Both the position numbers and the translations under genes were made by a program. This document shows positions 39,327 through 52,400 of a stretch of DNA of 64,000 bases, piece after piece; position 1 is the stretch's first letter, and the number at the start of each line of letters is the position of its first letter. The notes below the pieces were generated by a model. It was not told the origin of the DNA. It was given only the letters and a program-made list of their open reading frames with translations, and did not search any database. The stretch spans positions 21,082,001 through 21,146,000 of the forward strand of contig CM052818.1 in NCBI GenBank assembly GCA_028534125.1. Direction: 5' to 3'. This DNA is from Lama glama. Taxonomy: Eukaryota.

Positions 39327-39455
39327 TTTTTTTGGAGGGGTAGTAATTAGGTTTATGTATTTATTTATCTATTTTAATGGAGCTACTGGGGATTGAACCC
39401 AGAACCTCGTGCATGCTAAGCACACACTCCACCACTGAGCCATAACCTCCCCCTC
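39327..39455 (-). mobile_element. vic-1-type camelid tRNA-Ala-derived SINE
   Basis: Minus strand gggggaggttatggctcagtggtggagtgtgtgcttagcatgcacgaggttctgggttcaatcccc...aaacctaattac. Perfect TSD accatctatatttct at 39312-39326 and 39456-39470. Confidence 0.93.
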
Positions 39456-39577
39456 ACCATCTATATTTCTAACAGTTTATTCAAGGCAATCTAAGCACTT
39501 CCTACCATGTTCCTTAAAATTCTTCCAGCCTCTGCCCACTGCCCAGTTCTAAGCCACTTCCACATTTTTAGGTACTT

Positions 39578-40062
39578 GGGGTTTTTTAATTAAAAAAAAA
39601 ACTTTTTAAATTGAAGTATAGTTGACATACAACATTATGTTAGTTTCAGGTGTACCCCATAGTGATCCAGCAATCCAATACATTACACAAATATCACCAA
39701 TACAAGGCCAGTAACCATCCTTCACCATCCAAAATGATTACAGTATTATTGACTATATTCCTTATGTGGTATATTGCAGCCCTGTAATTGATTTATTTTA
39801 TAACTGGAAGTTTGTATCTCTTAATCCCCTTCATCTGTTTCACCCAACCCCTCACCTCTTTCCTCTCTCCCAACCACCAGTTTGTTCTCTGTGTCTACAG
39901 ATCTGTTTCTGTTTTGTTTTGTTTGTTCATTTGTTTTGTTTTTTGGATTCCACATGTAAGTAAGTTCATATGGTACTTGTCTTTCTCTGTCTGACTTATT
40001 TCACTTAGCATAAGACCTCTAGGTCTACCCATGTTGTCACAAAGGACACAATTTCGTTTTTT
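39578..40062 (-). mobile_element. L1 3'UTR fragment (L1MA9-like)
   Basis: ttgaagtatagttgacatacaacattatg...gattccacatgtaagt. TSD cacatttttaggtactt / cacattttcaggtattt. Confidence 0.9.
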
Positions 40063-43000
40063 CACATTTTCAGGTATTTGTTACAGCAGCTCCCCACTTC
40101 CAGGCACCAAAATCTGTATCAGTTTTCTATGGGTATCAGTATTTTATCAGGTTAAGGAAGTTCCCTTCTATTCCTAGTTTTTTTTGGGTTTCTTTCATGT
40201 GAAAGAATGTTGGATTTTGTCAAATGCTTTTTTTGTGCCTCTTGAAATGATCATGCGGTATTTGTTCTGTCAACTTTAGAAGACTGTGTAGAGAGAAAGG
40301 AGCTGGCAAAGGAGACAGAATTGGCCAGACATAAAGGGAAACCAAGTGATGGTGATGTCACTGGACCCAATAGAAGAGAAGGTTTCAAGAAGGAGGGAAG
40401 GGCCAAGAGTCTTGATCCCATTGAGAGGGAAGACAAGGTGGGAACTGAAAATTGCTTGTTTCAATTGGGCTTGAGGAGGTTGTTTGTGACCACGGTGATG
40501 GCATTGCAGTGGGATGAGAGAGGGCAGAGCACTACTGAGAGTGGGATGACATTCCCTAGATTTCAGCAAATCCGGGATTAAAACTGGAGGACAGTAATTA
40601 CAAGAACGTAATTAGCATCTAGAGAACTTCTTGGGCCTTTACATAGTGGATTTTGAATCTATTCTAGCTGAAACACGGAGGACTAGAAGTCTGTCCTCAG
40701 TGTCTGAGAGCCTAGAATAAGTTTCTCAGCTTTTTCTGGATTCAAGAATAGACATTTCCAAGCATCAACTTCAAAAACTAGTTCCTGCCATTTGTGAAGT
40801 TATGATGGGCTCAGGTGAACAAAACCAACACCTCAACCCATGAATGAAACCAACTGCACCATGAGAGGCTGTCCCATCTTGATAACACACCCACGCTTGG
40901 CCTCTACAGCTAAAGATGGGATAAAATCCACATAAGGTATCCAGTGTTTTGATGACTCTTAAAAAGGTGAAATTTTTTGAGTGGAGAGGGGTGGATTCCT
41001 AGCCTCAGGGAGAGACATCTCCAGTCTGTGGCAGCATCACCTTCCACATGGAAAAGAAGCCGGCTCCACCAGCTCTCTGGGCTCCACATTCTTCCTCCAT
41101 TCTTGAGTGCCCCCCTCCCCACCACCACTTGACAGGACCCGGGAGACCCCAAGGCTCTGCTGCAATGTTCATTTCCCTCTACCTGGCAGCCTTGTTTGAT
41201 TGAACGTTTCCCTGGGATATTTATGTGGAAACCAAAGAAAATACTCCAGGGTCGTTTTTAATAAGTGCCAATCCCTCCTAGGCTATCTGCAGCCATAAAC
41301 ATTTACGTCTAATATCCCAAAGAAAATGTTGATGCAGTCTGATGTGGGGGCGACAGCACACAGATTAGTCTAAACAAAAACATGAGGGTGACAGTTAGCT
41401 TTTTTCTGCATGAAGCTGCATTCACTCATTTTTGACATAAAAGGGCAATTTGCATATTCTTCAAGTCTGTTTAGCTGCAAACACATGTGTGTTTGGGGCA
41501 CAGAAATTTAAAATTTGTAAATTATTCAGAAACTACTGCCAAATTGTAATCAAGCAGTAGGAAAAACATTCTACACTGAGTAGTTGTATGTTCAGAGGGG
41601 AGCTTTCTCAGGCTTGGGAAACATTTTTAAATATACTGGTGCTTAATCAACTCAGAGAAAACCAGGGGAGAAATGTTTACTTTGTTAGTAACAATTTAAT
41701 ATAGATGTTGAGGGGTTTTTTTGTTTATTGAACATCGCAGAATGAAATGATGTTAGTATTGTGCCATTAAATAAATAAGATACATTCCGAGGGAAAACTA
41801 AACATTGTGATTAAGCTCAGGTAGGAATTTCTAATGCCCCTCTAAAAACCATTTTAAGCCCAGAACCATAATTACTAGAAAGTAATCCAATGTCATGTAA
41901 TGTATGTATACTATACCTGGCAGAATGTAACATTCAGTATTAGTTGCATCTCACCTTTCACGTCTACGCTTCTCCTCATTTCCTCTTTTACTTTGCACAT
42001 CTAGCAAATATTGCTTTGAGGGCCTACGTTTTGCATAGCACTGTGCTGGGCACCATAGGGTCCAGGGAAGTTGTATATGGAGACGGCATGAACACGGGTA
42101 AGTGAGTAAACTATTCGCCTGAAAGGTGGAGGGCTGGTAGACAGTGGCAGGAGTGTTGAGTGTGGATAGAGAGTGGAAGCACTTGCCTCCAAGTAGATGG
42201 TGGGACCGTGGGTAGGGGGGCCTCTTTCACTTTCCTGCCAGAGCTGACAGAGGGTGGACTGAAGCTCATTGAAGCTGGACAGTAATTACGGCATTTCTTT
42301 CTTGACTTTAACTGTACAACATACACACACAGATTGATGCAACCACGTTTAGCTTTTAAAAAATGTCCGATTCAGTCCAACACCCACTTCTCCTACTTTA
42401 GTGTTTGGCTGTTCCTATTGGCAACCTCTGAGAAGTGGGATTGAAGTGGTGGTGGAGAGAGAGATTGCCGTGGCCATCTTTGAAAACAGTCTACTATTCT
42501 ATGGGTGGGAATATTCCTTTAATGGAACCAAGCTGTAAATGGGAAACCAGACTAGTTGAACATCCAGCAGTAAATAGCAAATACATTCCAAGTTCAGTAG
42601 GGTGGATTGTCAAAGAGAACTGAAGATCGAGGCTGACTTCTCTCATCCATAAATCCACTCATTCATTCTTTTCATCTACTCGTGCATTCACTCATGCAAG
42701 GAGCATTCATGGAACACCTAATTGGCAAACTACAGAGTAGGAAAGAAGATAGGAAACCTGCCCTTATCTTGTCTGTGCTTAGGTGGGTAAATACAGGGAA
42801 AATTGCCTTCCAAAAAATCCCAACAGATCAAGAGAAAAAGTTAGTTTGACACTAGCAAAATTTGTTTTGAGACCTCTCATTCAAGCCCTTGAGCACTTTG
42901 TGGTGATTTAACAAAAATTTTCCTTCAGGCAAGATTCTCCTGCATTCACTGTGAAGGTGATTCACCCACTGTGCAGTTGCTGATGGGCATATTTATGATG

Positions 43001-43229
43001 CATGGGTGTTGTACACATTTTTGTGCAAGTAAACGTTGTGTATCAACAGGGGCATTCAGTGAAGAACCATACTCAGGTCGTTGCTTCATTTAAATTATCC
43101 AACATTCTTTCTAACTAAGCCTTCTTTGTCCTTACACCTTTTATAGATTTTACATATGACTTGAATTAGGACCGTCAGTCTACAGAGAGATTATTGGGAA
43201 GTCCTTTCAAAAGGAGAAATAAAGTCCTT

Positions 43230-44660
43230 AAAAAGTGGAAAGAAGTAAAACTCTTGATTTGTAGCTACTATAATTGTATATAGAGAAATCTCAAAAGAAT
43301 TAATAACTATTAGAACTAGTAAGTAAATTAATACAAAGTCAATCTATAAAATTGTATTTCTATGAAAGAGCCACAAAAATGAGAAAAGAAACACTTAAAA
43401 AAAACCTGTAGCATTATAACAGCATTAAAATATGGAGTACTTAGTGATAAATTTAACAAAATATGTGCAAGACATATACTGAAAACACAACAGCAACAAC
43501 AAGTTGCTGGGAGAAATTAAAAGGAGCTGAGTAAATGACACACGTGTGCTCATAGATTGGATGACTCAACATAGTTAAGGCATTAGTTTTCCCTGAACTG
43601 ATATATAAATTTAGTGCAATCCCAATCAATGTCTCAAAGAAAGTTTGTAGTTGCTGGAATTGACAAGTTAAATTTATAGGAAAATGGCAGGGACCTAAAA
43701 TAGCTAAGATAATCCTGAAGAATGAAATTGGAGAATTTACACTACTAGACTTCGTCTTCCAAAGACAGAAAGACATAGTAATTAAGACAGAGTGGTCTCA
43801 GTGACAAGAGAGATAACTCGACCAATGACAACATAAAGTGCAGAAATAGACCCACTTATATGCCCACTTGAGGCACAAGAAAATGCCAGTGCAGTTCAGT
43901 GGGGGAAATAATGGTCTTTCCAACAACTGGTGCGGAAACTTGGGATATCCGTATTGGGAAAAAAGGTAAGCGTGTATCCCTGTCTTATATGATTTACAGG
44001 AATTAATCTGAGATGGATCATAGATTTAAATATGAGAGGTAAAACAGTAAGGTTTCTAGAAGCAACTGTAGGATAATATCTTCATGACCTTGGGGTAATT
44101 AAAGAATCCTTAAACAGGACACAAGAAGGCAGTAGCCCTAAATAAAAAGTAACTGATTGATTGAACTTCACTAAAATTGATGACTTCCGTTCATCAACAG
44201 AAATCATTAAGAGAATAAAAAATGCCCCAGACAAATATCTTTGAACAGATAAGAAAAAGGACTCATACCTGGAATCTATGAAAAACTCCTAGAAATCAAT
44301 AAGAAAACTTGAACAATCCAATTTTAAAATGTGTAAAATTATTGAACTGGCACTTTTAAAAAGAGTCTATCTAAATGGCCAATAAGCATATGAAAAGTTG
44401 TTGAACATTATTACTTACCAAGTAATTGCAAATTAGAATCTAGTAAGATGCCACTACACACCCACTAGAATGACTCAAACACTGACGGTATCAACTGTTA
44501 GTGAAGATGCGAAGCAACTAGACCTCTCAAACATTAATGGTGAGAGTGTAAGATGGTATAACCATTTTGGAATATTATTGGATAGTATCTATTTTTTTAA
44601 TTGAAGTACAGTCAGTTTATAATGTTGTGTTACTTTCTGATATACAGCATTGTGGTTCAG

Positions 44661-44694
<34 letters not shown>

Positions 44695-46640
44695 GTTCTT
44701 TTCCATATTCTTTTTCATTATAAGCTATTACAAGATACTGAATATAATTCCCTGTGCTATACAATAGGACCTTGGTGTTTATCTATTTTATATATCGTAG
44801 TTAATATCTGCAAATCCCAAACTCCCAATTTATCCCTCCACCCCCTGTTTCCCCCACTGGTAACCATAAGTTTGTTTTTTATGTCTGTGAGTCTGTTTCT
44901 GTTTTGTAAGTAAGTTCATTTGTGTCTTTTTTTTTTTTTAGATTCCACATATAAGTGATATCATATAGTATTTTTCTTTCTCTTTCTGGCTTTCTTCACT
45001 TAGTATGACAATCTCCAGGTCCATCCATGTTGCTGCAAATGGCATTATTTTATTCTTTTTTATGGATGAGTAGTATTCCATTATATATGGACTACATATT
45101 TATTCCATGGTATATTTCTTGGAAAAAAATTATACACACATATATATACACAACAGAATGGAATATATGTACACACACACCACAACTTCTTTATCCAATT
45201 TTTGTATCTATTAAAATTAACATGTGCACACTCTCTATGCCAGGAAATCCACATGCAGGTGTACACCCAACTGAAAGGTGTCCAGGTATTCACAAAAAGA
45301 CATGTACAAGAATTTTCATAATAGCTTTATTCATAATAACCCAAGGCTAGAAACAACCCAAAGACCTATCAATAGGAGAATGGCTAAATAAATTGATAAG
45401 CTGTAGTATACAGTATATAAATATTTATGGGCACGTGCACACACACATATATACTACACACATATGCACACACACATACAACAGAATACTACAAACCAGT
45501 AAGAAAAAGTACAAACCATTAACAAGTGCAACAAAGTAAATGGACCTCAAGATAGTATGTTGAGTGGAAGAATCCAGACACTAAAGTGCACGCTGCATGA
45601 TTTGATTGATATTAAATTCACAAGGAGGCTAAACTCTTCCCTGTTGATAGAAATATGAACAATAGTTACCTCAGGGGTGGGTGTAGATGGAGAAGGAGCA
45701 TGAGAGAATCTTCGGGGTACTAGAAAGATTCCATATCTTGACCTAGGTGTATATGTACATATGGAAAATTTCATCAAGATAAATGCTTAAGATTAATACA
45801 TTTACATACTTTATTTACTGTGAGGTAAAGTTGAAGTTATTTCATTGACGTTATACCTCAATAAAAATAGTTAACTAAAAAAAGAGAAAGAAAATAATTT
45901 GAATACAGTATCACATTAATAACTTTTAAAAAGAAAAAACTTTCCTTGTACTAATTTGTTTCAGTAAAACATAAGCGCAGGACAAGAAAAACTGTATGTA
46001 TATATAAATATACATACTAAAAAGATTTCATTTACTATAGTAAAACAAGTTCCTAAATATGGATGGAAGAATATCCTTATGACAAGCATACAGAATCCAC
46101 ACAAAGAAAATTGCAAATCTTTCCTGAGAGACATTAATGTCTTGAATAAATGGAAAAACATGTCATATTTTGGGGTAGAAAAATCTAATACTATGTCAAT
46201 AACAGTTCTTCCCCCCAATTATGTGACATCTTTAATATTATCCCAAATAAAATTCAAACAGAAAATGTTTAAACTTAACAAAATTATCCCATTATTCATG
46301 TAAATAGAATAGCTAAGATATTTTAAAATAAGGGTGATGATAGGAGCCTTTATTTAACAGACACCAAAACAGAAATACTGTAAAGTGGAAATAATAGTAC
46401 AAAACAGACAGCCATGGTTACAGGATGGAAATTCACTAATGCACACAAAGGTATAAAATAGTTTAGTTTGAGATTAAAGTAGCTGCTCAAATCAGTGGAG
46501 GAAGGCTAGATTATTTAATTAATATTTGATTAATAAGGGCAATGGGCTAGTAATTTATAATATAAAGTTAGAAACTTACCTGTTAGCTTAAAACAAAGTA
46601 AATCAGGATGGATTGATTATTTAAATGTTTAAAATAAAGC
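43230..46640 (+). mobile_element. Old L1 (L1MC/ME-like) ORF2 3' half and 3'UTR, plus an adjacent second ORF2 fragment
   Basis: aaatttaacaaaatatgtgcaagac, catagattggatgactcaacatagttaag, ggccaataagcatatgaaaag, ctagaaacaacccaaag, tacctcaataaaa. Confidence 0.85.
44593..45203 (-). mobile_element. Younger L1 3'UTR inserted in the older L1, with an internal (TA)n
   Basis: ttgaagtacagtcagtttataatg...atccatgttgctgcaaatggc. Flanking repeat gtatctatt. Confidence 0.9.
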
Positions 46641-46879
46641 TGCCAACATGATGGACTGAATTGCTGTGAGAAGCCCAGGATCCCCTATTGTACTTCCAAA
46701 CACATGGAATTTCTGATTTAAGTACCTAAATTGAATTCATACCTAGCCTTCCTCAAAAGTACAAAAAGGAAATCCACAGGTACCAGGAAATGGAAAAACA
46801 AAGTTAAAATCAGAGCAGTTTTAAAGGGAGTTAAAAACTGGATGGCCTATAATGTTATTAGAACCAGGTAGATGTGCAA

Positions 46880-48260
46880 AGCCCTCTCGCTTAAATTGAG
46901 GCGCTTAGCCTATTTGTATGTATGTAATTATTGATAAATAATTATATGATTATTAGGCTACATCTACCACCTTACTGTTTATTTTCTATTTGTCCCTCTG
47001 TTTTTGTTGATTTTTTCTGCTCTTCATAACTTTTTAGAGATTATTTTTTAGCATTCTGTTTTACCCTCTTCATTGGATTTTCAGTTACACCTCTTTGTTT
47101 TATTTTTGGTTCTTACCCTAGGGATTGCAGTGTGCAACTTTAACTTTTTACAGACTATAATTTATCAGTATTATGCTATTTCACATGTAGTGAGAAACTA
47201 AACAATAAACTTCCTTTGATCTCTTTCTGTCCTTCGTGCTATTATGATCATATATTTTACTTTAACTTCTTATGTCATAAACCCTGTGATAGATTATTAT
47301 TATTCTTTTTGCCTTAAACTGTCAATTGTACTTTAAAAAATTGGGGGAAGAGATTTTAAAAATCTATTTTATTTACCCCCATGCTTGCTATTTCCTGGAA
47401 CTCTTTAGTTCTTCCTGTTCACTTGTGTTTCCATCTGAGATTACTTCCCTTCAGTTTGAAGAACTTCCTTTAGCACTTCTTGTAGTAAGGGTCTGCTGGC
47501 TAGAAATGCTCTCCACTTTTGCTTATGTGAAAATGTCTTTATTTCACCTTAATATTTGAAGATGTATCATTTCACCAGCTCTAGGATTCAAGGTTGAAGG
47601 TTTTTTTATTTCCGCTTTTTAAAGATGTTATTGTCATCCATTGTCGTCTGGTTTGCACTGTTTCTAATTTTTTAAAAATCGTAATTCATATCCATGTTAT
47701 CTTATGTGTGATCTTCCTTTTTCGCTCTGACTTCTCTTAATATTTTCTCCTCGTCTTTTTCAGCAGTTTGGTCATGATGTGTCTAGGTGTCAATATTTAC
47801 CCCATTTGAGACTTGTTAAATTTCTTGGATGTTAATTGACGTTTTTCATCAAACTTGAGAAATATTTGGCCATGGTTTCTGGAAAACTTTTCTGTCATAT
47901 CCTCTCTCTCTTCTATGATTCCAATTACATATATGTTAGATGATTTGATATTATTCCATATGTCACTGATGATTTGTTCATTGTTAAAAATATTTTTCTC
48001 ACTCTGCTTCCATTTGATTCATGTGTATTGTCCTGTCTCTACGGAGTCTTTGTTCTGTAACATCCAGTGTCCGATCTGCTTTTAATCCCATTGAGCAGAA
48101 TGGTTTCAGATAATTTACTTGCCAGTTCTAGAATTTTCAATGGGTTCTATGTTAAAGTGTCGATTTCTTTTCTGAAATACCCATCTAATTCTTTCCTCAT
48201 TATATACATCTTTTCCTATAAATTCTGTAGCATATTTAAATTGTTATTCCTTGTCTGACT
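46880..48260 (-). mobile_element. Old L1M fragment
   Basis: T-rich L1 antisense: gaagaacttcctttagcacttcttgtagt...gtctttatttcacctt...tccaattacatatatgttag. Confidence 0.75.
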
Positions 48261-51200
48261 CTCATTGAGGGATATTCCACAAATTGCTAGATGGTGCACT
48301 TCAAAATCAAGATCATGAAAAGAAAGACTGAGAAACTATCCCAGACTGGAGATGACTCAGGAACGTGACCACTAAACACAGTGCATGATTCTGTCCCCTT
48401 TCCAGTCTCTGCTGTCTCCATGCCTGGCCTCAGCCAGGCACCTGCTTATCCCACCCCACAACCTCAGGCCAGTAAAGCCATCTGCTCTACCCAATTGCAG
48501 GCGGGGAGCAGCCCCTTCTGGAATGCTATAGATTTCCACTGCCCTTACCTCACTTGGCAGTTTTCAAGCATAAAAGCCTCTCAGATAGTTGTTATGATTT
48601 TGATCAGTTTCCACTGAAATAGTTATTTCTGTCAATTTTGCCTGGTTTACAGTTGTTTCTTGGGAGGAGAGTTTACCAATCTCTGCATTAGGCCTTAGCC
48701 AGAAATCCTGCCTCAATACAGGTTTTTTTAAATAAATATATTAGCAATAACATCATAGATGATTGGAGAAGAGACAAGTTGGAGCTGATGTATTTTAAGA
48801 TCCTAATCTTACTTGGAAGCTAAAATTTACTTGTTAAGTTAAATAAGCATATTAAAATTTTAAGAGCAATTGCTAGAAAATGGAACATATGACTTCAAAC
48901 TAATTGAGGAAATCTAGAGAGGAACAAGGAAGACTCAATCAATCCGTTAAAGGAGTAAAAGATGGGAAAGGAAAGAAGAAAAGACAGAAGTATAGTAAAT
49001 TAAAAAAGGAAAATAGTATCAGGAGAAAAGTCCTATATATCAGTAGTCATAGTAAATGTAAGTGAATTAAGCTTTTCTGCTATGGTACAGAGAATATTCA
49101 AATGGATTAAAAAGCCAACATCTAGAGACACACTCTATACTAGAGGCATATCTAAAATAAGGACATAGAAATTTTAAAATTAAGAAATGGAAAAAATATA
49201 TATTACACAAATAGTAAGCAAAATAAAACTGATTTAACCATATTCATAAGAATCACTTAGCAATAGAGAGAGAAATTCACCAGGAAAACATAGCTATTGT
49301 AGAGTTCGTGGGATTGTAAACTGCTGCAAACTCCCTGGAAGATGATGTATGAATGTACCCAAGGTCAGACTTCAAAAGAACTTGGAAGTCATGAAATTCC
49401 ATTTCTTGGAATGTATCCTAAAGAAATCGTTGTACAGATGAGCAAAGACTCATAGAAAATGATGTGCCACAGATAGTAGTTGTTAGAACCAGGGGCCCTG
49501 GAGTCTAGGTTTGAGTCGTGTCTTTGCTTCAGGATTCTGGTCTGTAACATTTGGAATATGAACGGTACCTACTTCATAGGGATGTTAGAACTATTAAATG
49601 GAGAAGTACACATAATGTGCTTAGAAGAGTAGCTGGCACGTAATGATGAAAGCAAACACGACATGGTGTTTAATGTGTTCTAGATGATCTAGACCCACTA
49701 ACTCACTTGACTCTTAACGGACTCTTCTGATAAGTTCCATTGTTATCTTCCCTTTAGAGATGAGGAAACTGAGGCACAGAGAGGTTGGGTAACTTAGTAA
49801 ATCTATGGGCAGGATCTGAACTCAAGCAGTTTAGTGTCTGCGTCTGTGCTCTTCACCACTGTGCTGTTATGACTCAGCCACAGCATTGGAAGCAATCCAA
49901 AATGGGGATATGAGTAAGTAATTTATTCATAAAATGGAATACTGTCCATTTTAAACACCAGTGTAGAAGTAGATAATAGAAACAGCTCAATTTTATTAGG
50001 TACTTTACTATGTAAAAGAGACTATTATAAGCATTTTATTGATCAGTGAGTCCTCATAAAAATTTAAGAAGGAACTATTATTATTCCTTTCCAGGTGTGG
50101 AAATTGAGACACACCGTGTGGGTCACTTGCCCATAGCTGACCTGGCAGAGACAGGACTAGAATCTGGGCAGTCTGAGTCTTACCTTTACTCTTGACACTA
50201 TGCCAGAGATACAAGCGTGTAAACGCCGCAGCCTGCCTCCCTTGGCCATCCCTTCAATGGCACCCTCCCCTCCCCTCCCCTCACAATTATTCCCAGCCCA
50301 CAATAATACTCAAAATTTCCCTTTCTCTCATCTCCCACATTGGATCTGTAATCAAGTCTTGTTCAAGTCTGTCTCCAAAATGTATCTTAAGTCTGCCCAC
50401 ACTTTTCCATTCTCTCCACATCCCTCATCTCTTCTCGGTCTGACGATTGCAATGACCTCTCTCAAGGTTCTTACTTACCAACTTTTCAGACCCACTCTCA
50501 GACAGCTGCCAGGGAGAATCTTTCAAAATGTAAGGAGATTCTAAAAAAAAAAATAAGTTTTATTCCCCTGCTTAAAATTATGGGAAGTTTTGCATTACGG
50601 TTTGCATACAATCTATACTCCTCAACATCAAGGTCCCCTCTGCCCTCCTTTGTCACCTGCTGGTGCTGCCTCTGCCCAAGACTTCTTCCTGTGCTCATTT
50701 CACTGCAAGTTCCCTTCCTCCGCCGGGGCCCCCACATTCTGCCTGAACGGTCCCTCCCCATACAGTTCATAGAGCTGATTTTTTCTGATCTTCAGAGATC
50801 ACTGGAAATGTCATCTCCTCGGAGAAACCATCTCTGACCACCCAGTCCACAGCAGTCGCTGCTAACTTCAGTTTTCTCTCTCAGGCTTTCTCCCATTTTT
50901 TTCCTTCATAACACTTTACTCTTTCAGTCACCAAATACTTATTGAGCACCTACTATATGTCAGGCACTATTCTAGGTGCAGGGAATACAGCCAATAAAAC
51001 AGGGCTCATCACGGTTTGCAGTTATAGTTTATGTATTTATGTGATGGGATAACGCATATACATACACGTTTTGCTTTATCTCCATGTATACAGAAAACCC
51101 AGGAAGGAAAATGGGATTCCCTTCCCTCAGTTCTCAAAGCAGCTTGACCTTTGTGGTTTAATGTCTAGGTGTTTTGGGAGGGTCGGATCTCCCAGGTGTT

Positions 51201-51329
51201 GGTGCGTTTCTGAGGAAACAGCTAGAATTGGGCAAGGGAAGGAAGGAATGGAAGCTGGTGTTTTGAAAAGAAAGCAGAGGGGTTTGTGCCAGGAATCTGA
51301 GTAATTCCCAGGGGCAGGAGGCAGTGGGG

Positions 51330-51700
51330 GCCAGGATTTCCTCTGAGGTTGGAAAGCCAGCGCCTCCAGCTCGGAAGCAGCCGGGGCTGGTGGGAACCCA
51401 CGCGGGGGTCGATGGGAACAGCGCAGGGCTGGGCAGCGTGATGCTGGAGGTGCTGGCAGAGCGGGCGGCCCGGCAGGACCACAGGGACTGTGGTGGTGGG
51501 CTGAGCATGCCAGAGCCGCCTCCGATTTTCTGGCCACAAAAACCCCAGGCTTTGGGGATAATCCATGGGAAAGGAAATGACCCCAACAAATAATGTTGAA
51601 CTTAGTGCAAACTGTGGCATGGATGACGCTGGGAGCCAGATTTGCTGGGATTTGGGAGGAATAACTCTTTCACACCCAAGTGTCAAGAGCAGTTCCTACC
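51330..51700. promoter_or_regulatory. Small CpG-rich regulatory-like block
   Basis: Local CpG cluster with RBPJ-type TGGGAA and RUNX-type TGTGGT motifs. Confidence 0.35.
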
Positions 51701-51879
51701 AGTTGCTTCAGCCCAGCAGGGGCCTCCCCTCCCGTCCCTAGGTGAGTTTGTGTCCAGTGCCTAACAGAACACTCAGCCCCTAGGGGCTCAGTAAATGCTC
51801 ATTAAATGAACGACTCTGGAAAATTATACATTAAAAATGGTAGCATGACTCCCACAGGAGAAGGGATTACCAGTGATTT

Positions 51880-52400
51880 TAAAGTTTAGTTCATCAAAGT
51901 TATAAATGCTCATATCTTTTGACCTTAAACTACCATTTCTAGAAATTTATCTTACAGATATTTGACCATATGTGAGAAATTATGTGTACATGAGGCATTT
52001 CTTTGTAGACTTTTTGTAATAGCAACAGATTGGAAACAATCCAAATATCTATCTGCAGCTGAGTTTCTAAATAAATGCAATGAAATACTATACAGCTGGA
52101 AAAAAGGAAAAGTCTTATATAATGAAAAGGAATGATCTCCAGGATATATTGCTAAATGAGAAAAAAAAAACACTAGGTAGAACAATATGTGAGTATGATA
52201 TGCAAAAAGGAAAAAAGAACAGGCAAGTGTATATTTGTTTTGTTTGTGAATGACATCTCTCTGGCAAGTTACCCAAAAAATTGAAAATGCTGGTTGCCTG
52301 TGGGGAGGGGAACAGAGTGGCTGGAGCAGGGTGGGAGGGAAGGTTTTTGCTGATTATCTTCTTGTTCTTTTAAAATTTTCAATCATATTAACGTGTTTCC
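51880..52400 (+). mobile_element. L1ME-like 3' fragment
   Basis: ccatttctagaaatttatcttacag...ttggaaacaatccaaatatc...ggttgcctgtggggaggg. Confidence 0.75.

Larger units (their letters stand above)
38370..40125 (-). mobile_element. MaLR internal sequence (MLT1-int) with nested SINE and L1
   Basis: gcagtgtttctgctggga...aaattcttccagcctctgcccactgcccagttctaagccacttccacatttt...cacttccaggcaccaaaatctgta (LTR junction). Confidence 0.75.

Noticed and set aside
48283..48298. CTCF-like TTGCTAGATGGTGC (and CAAGTAGATGGTGG near 42190)
   Set aside because: Two to three mismatches at core positions, which is chance level.
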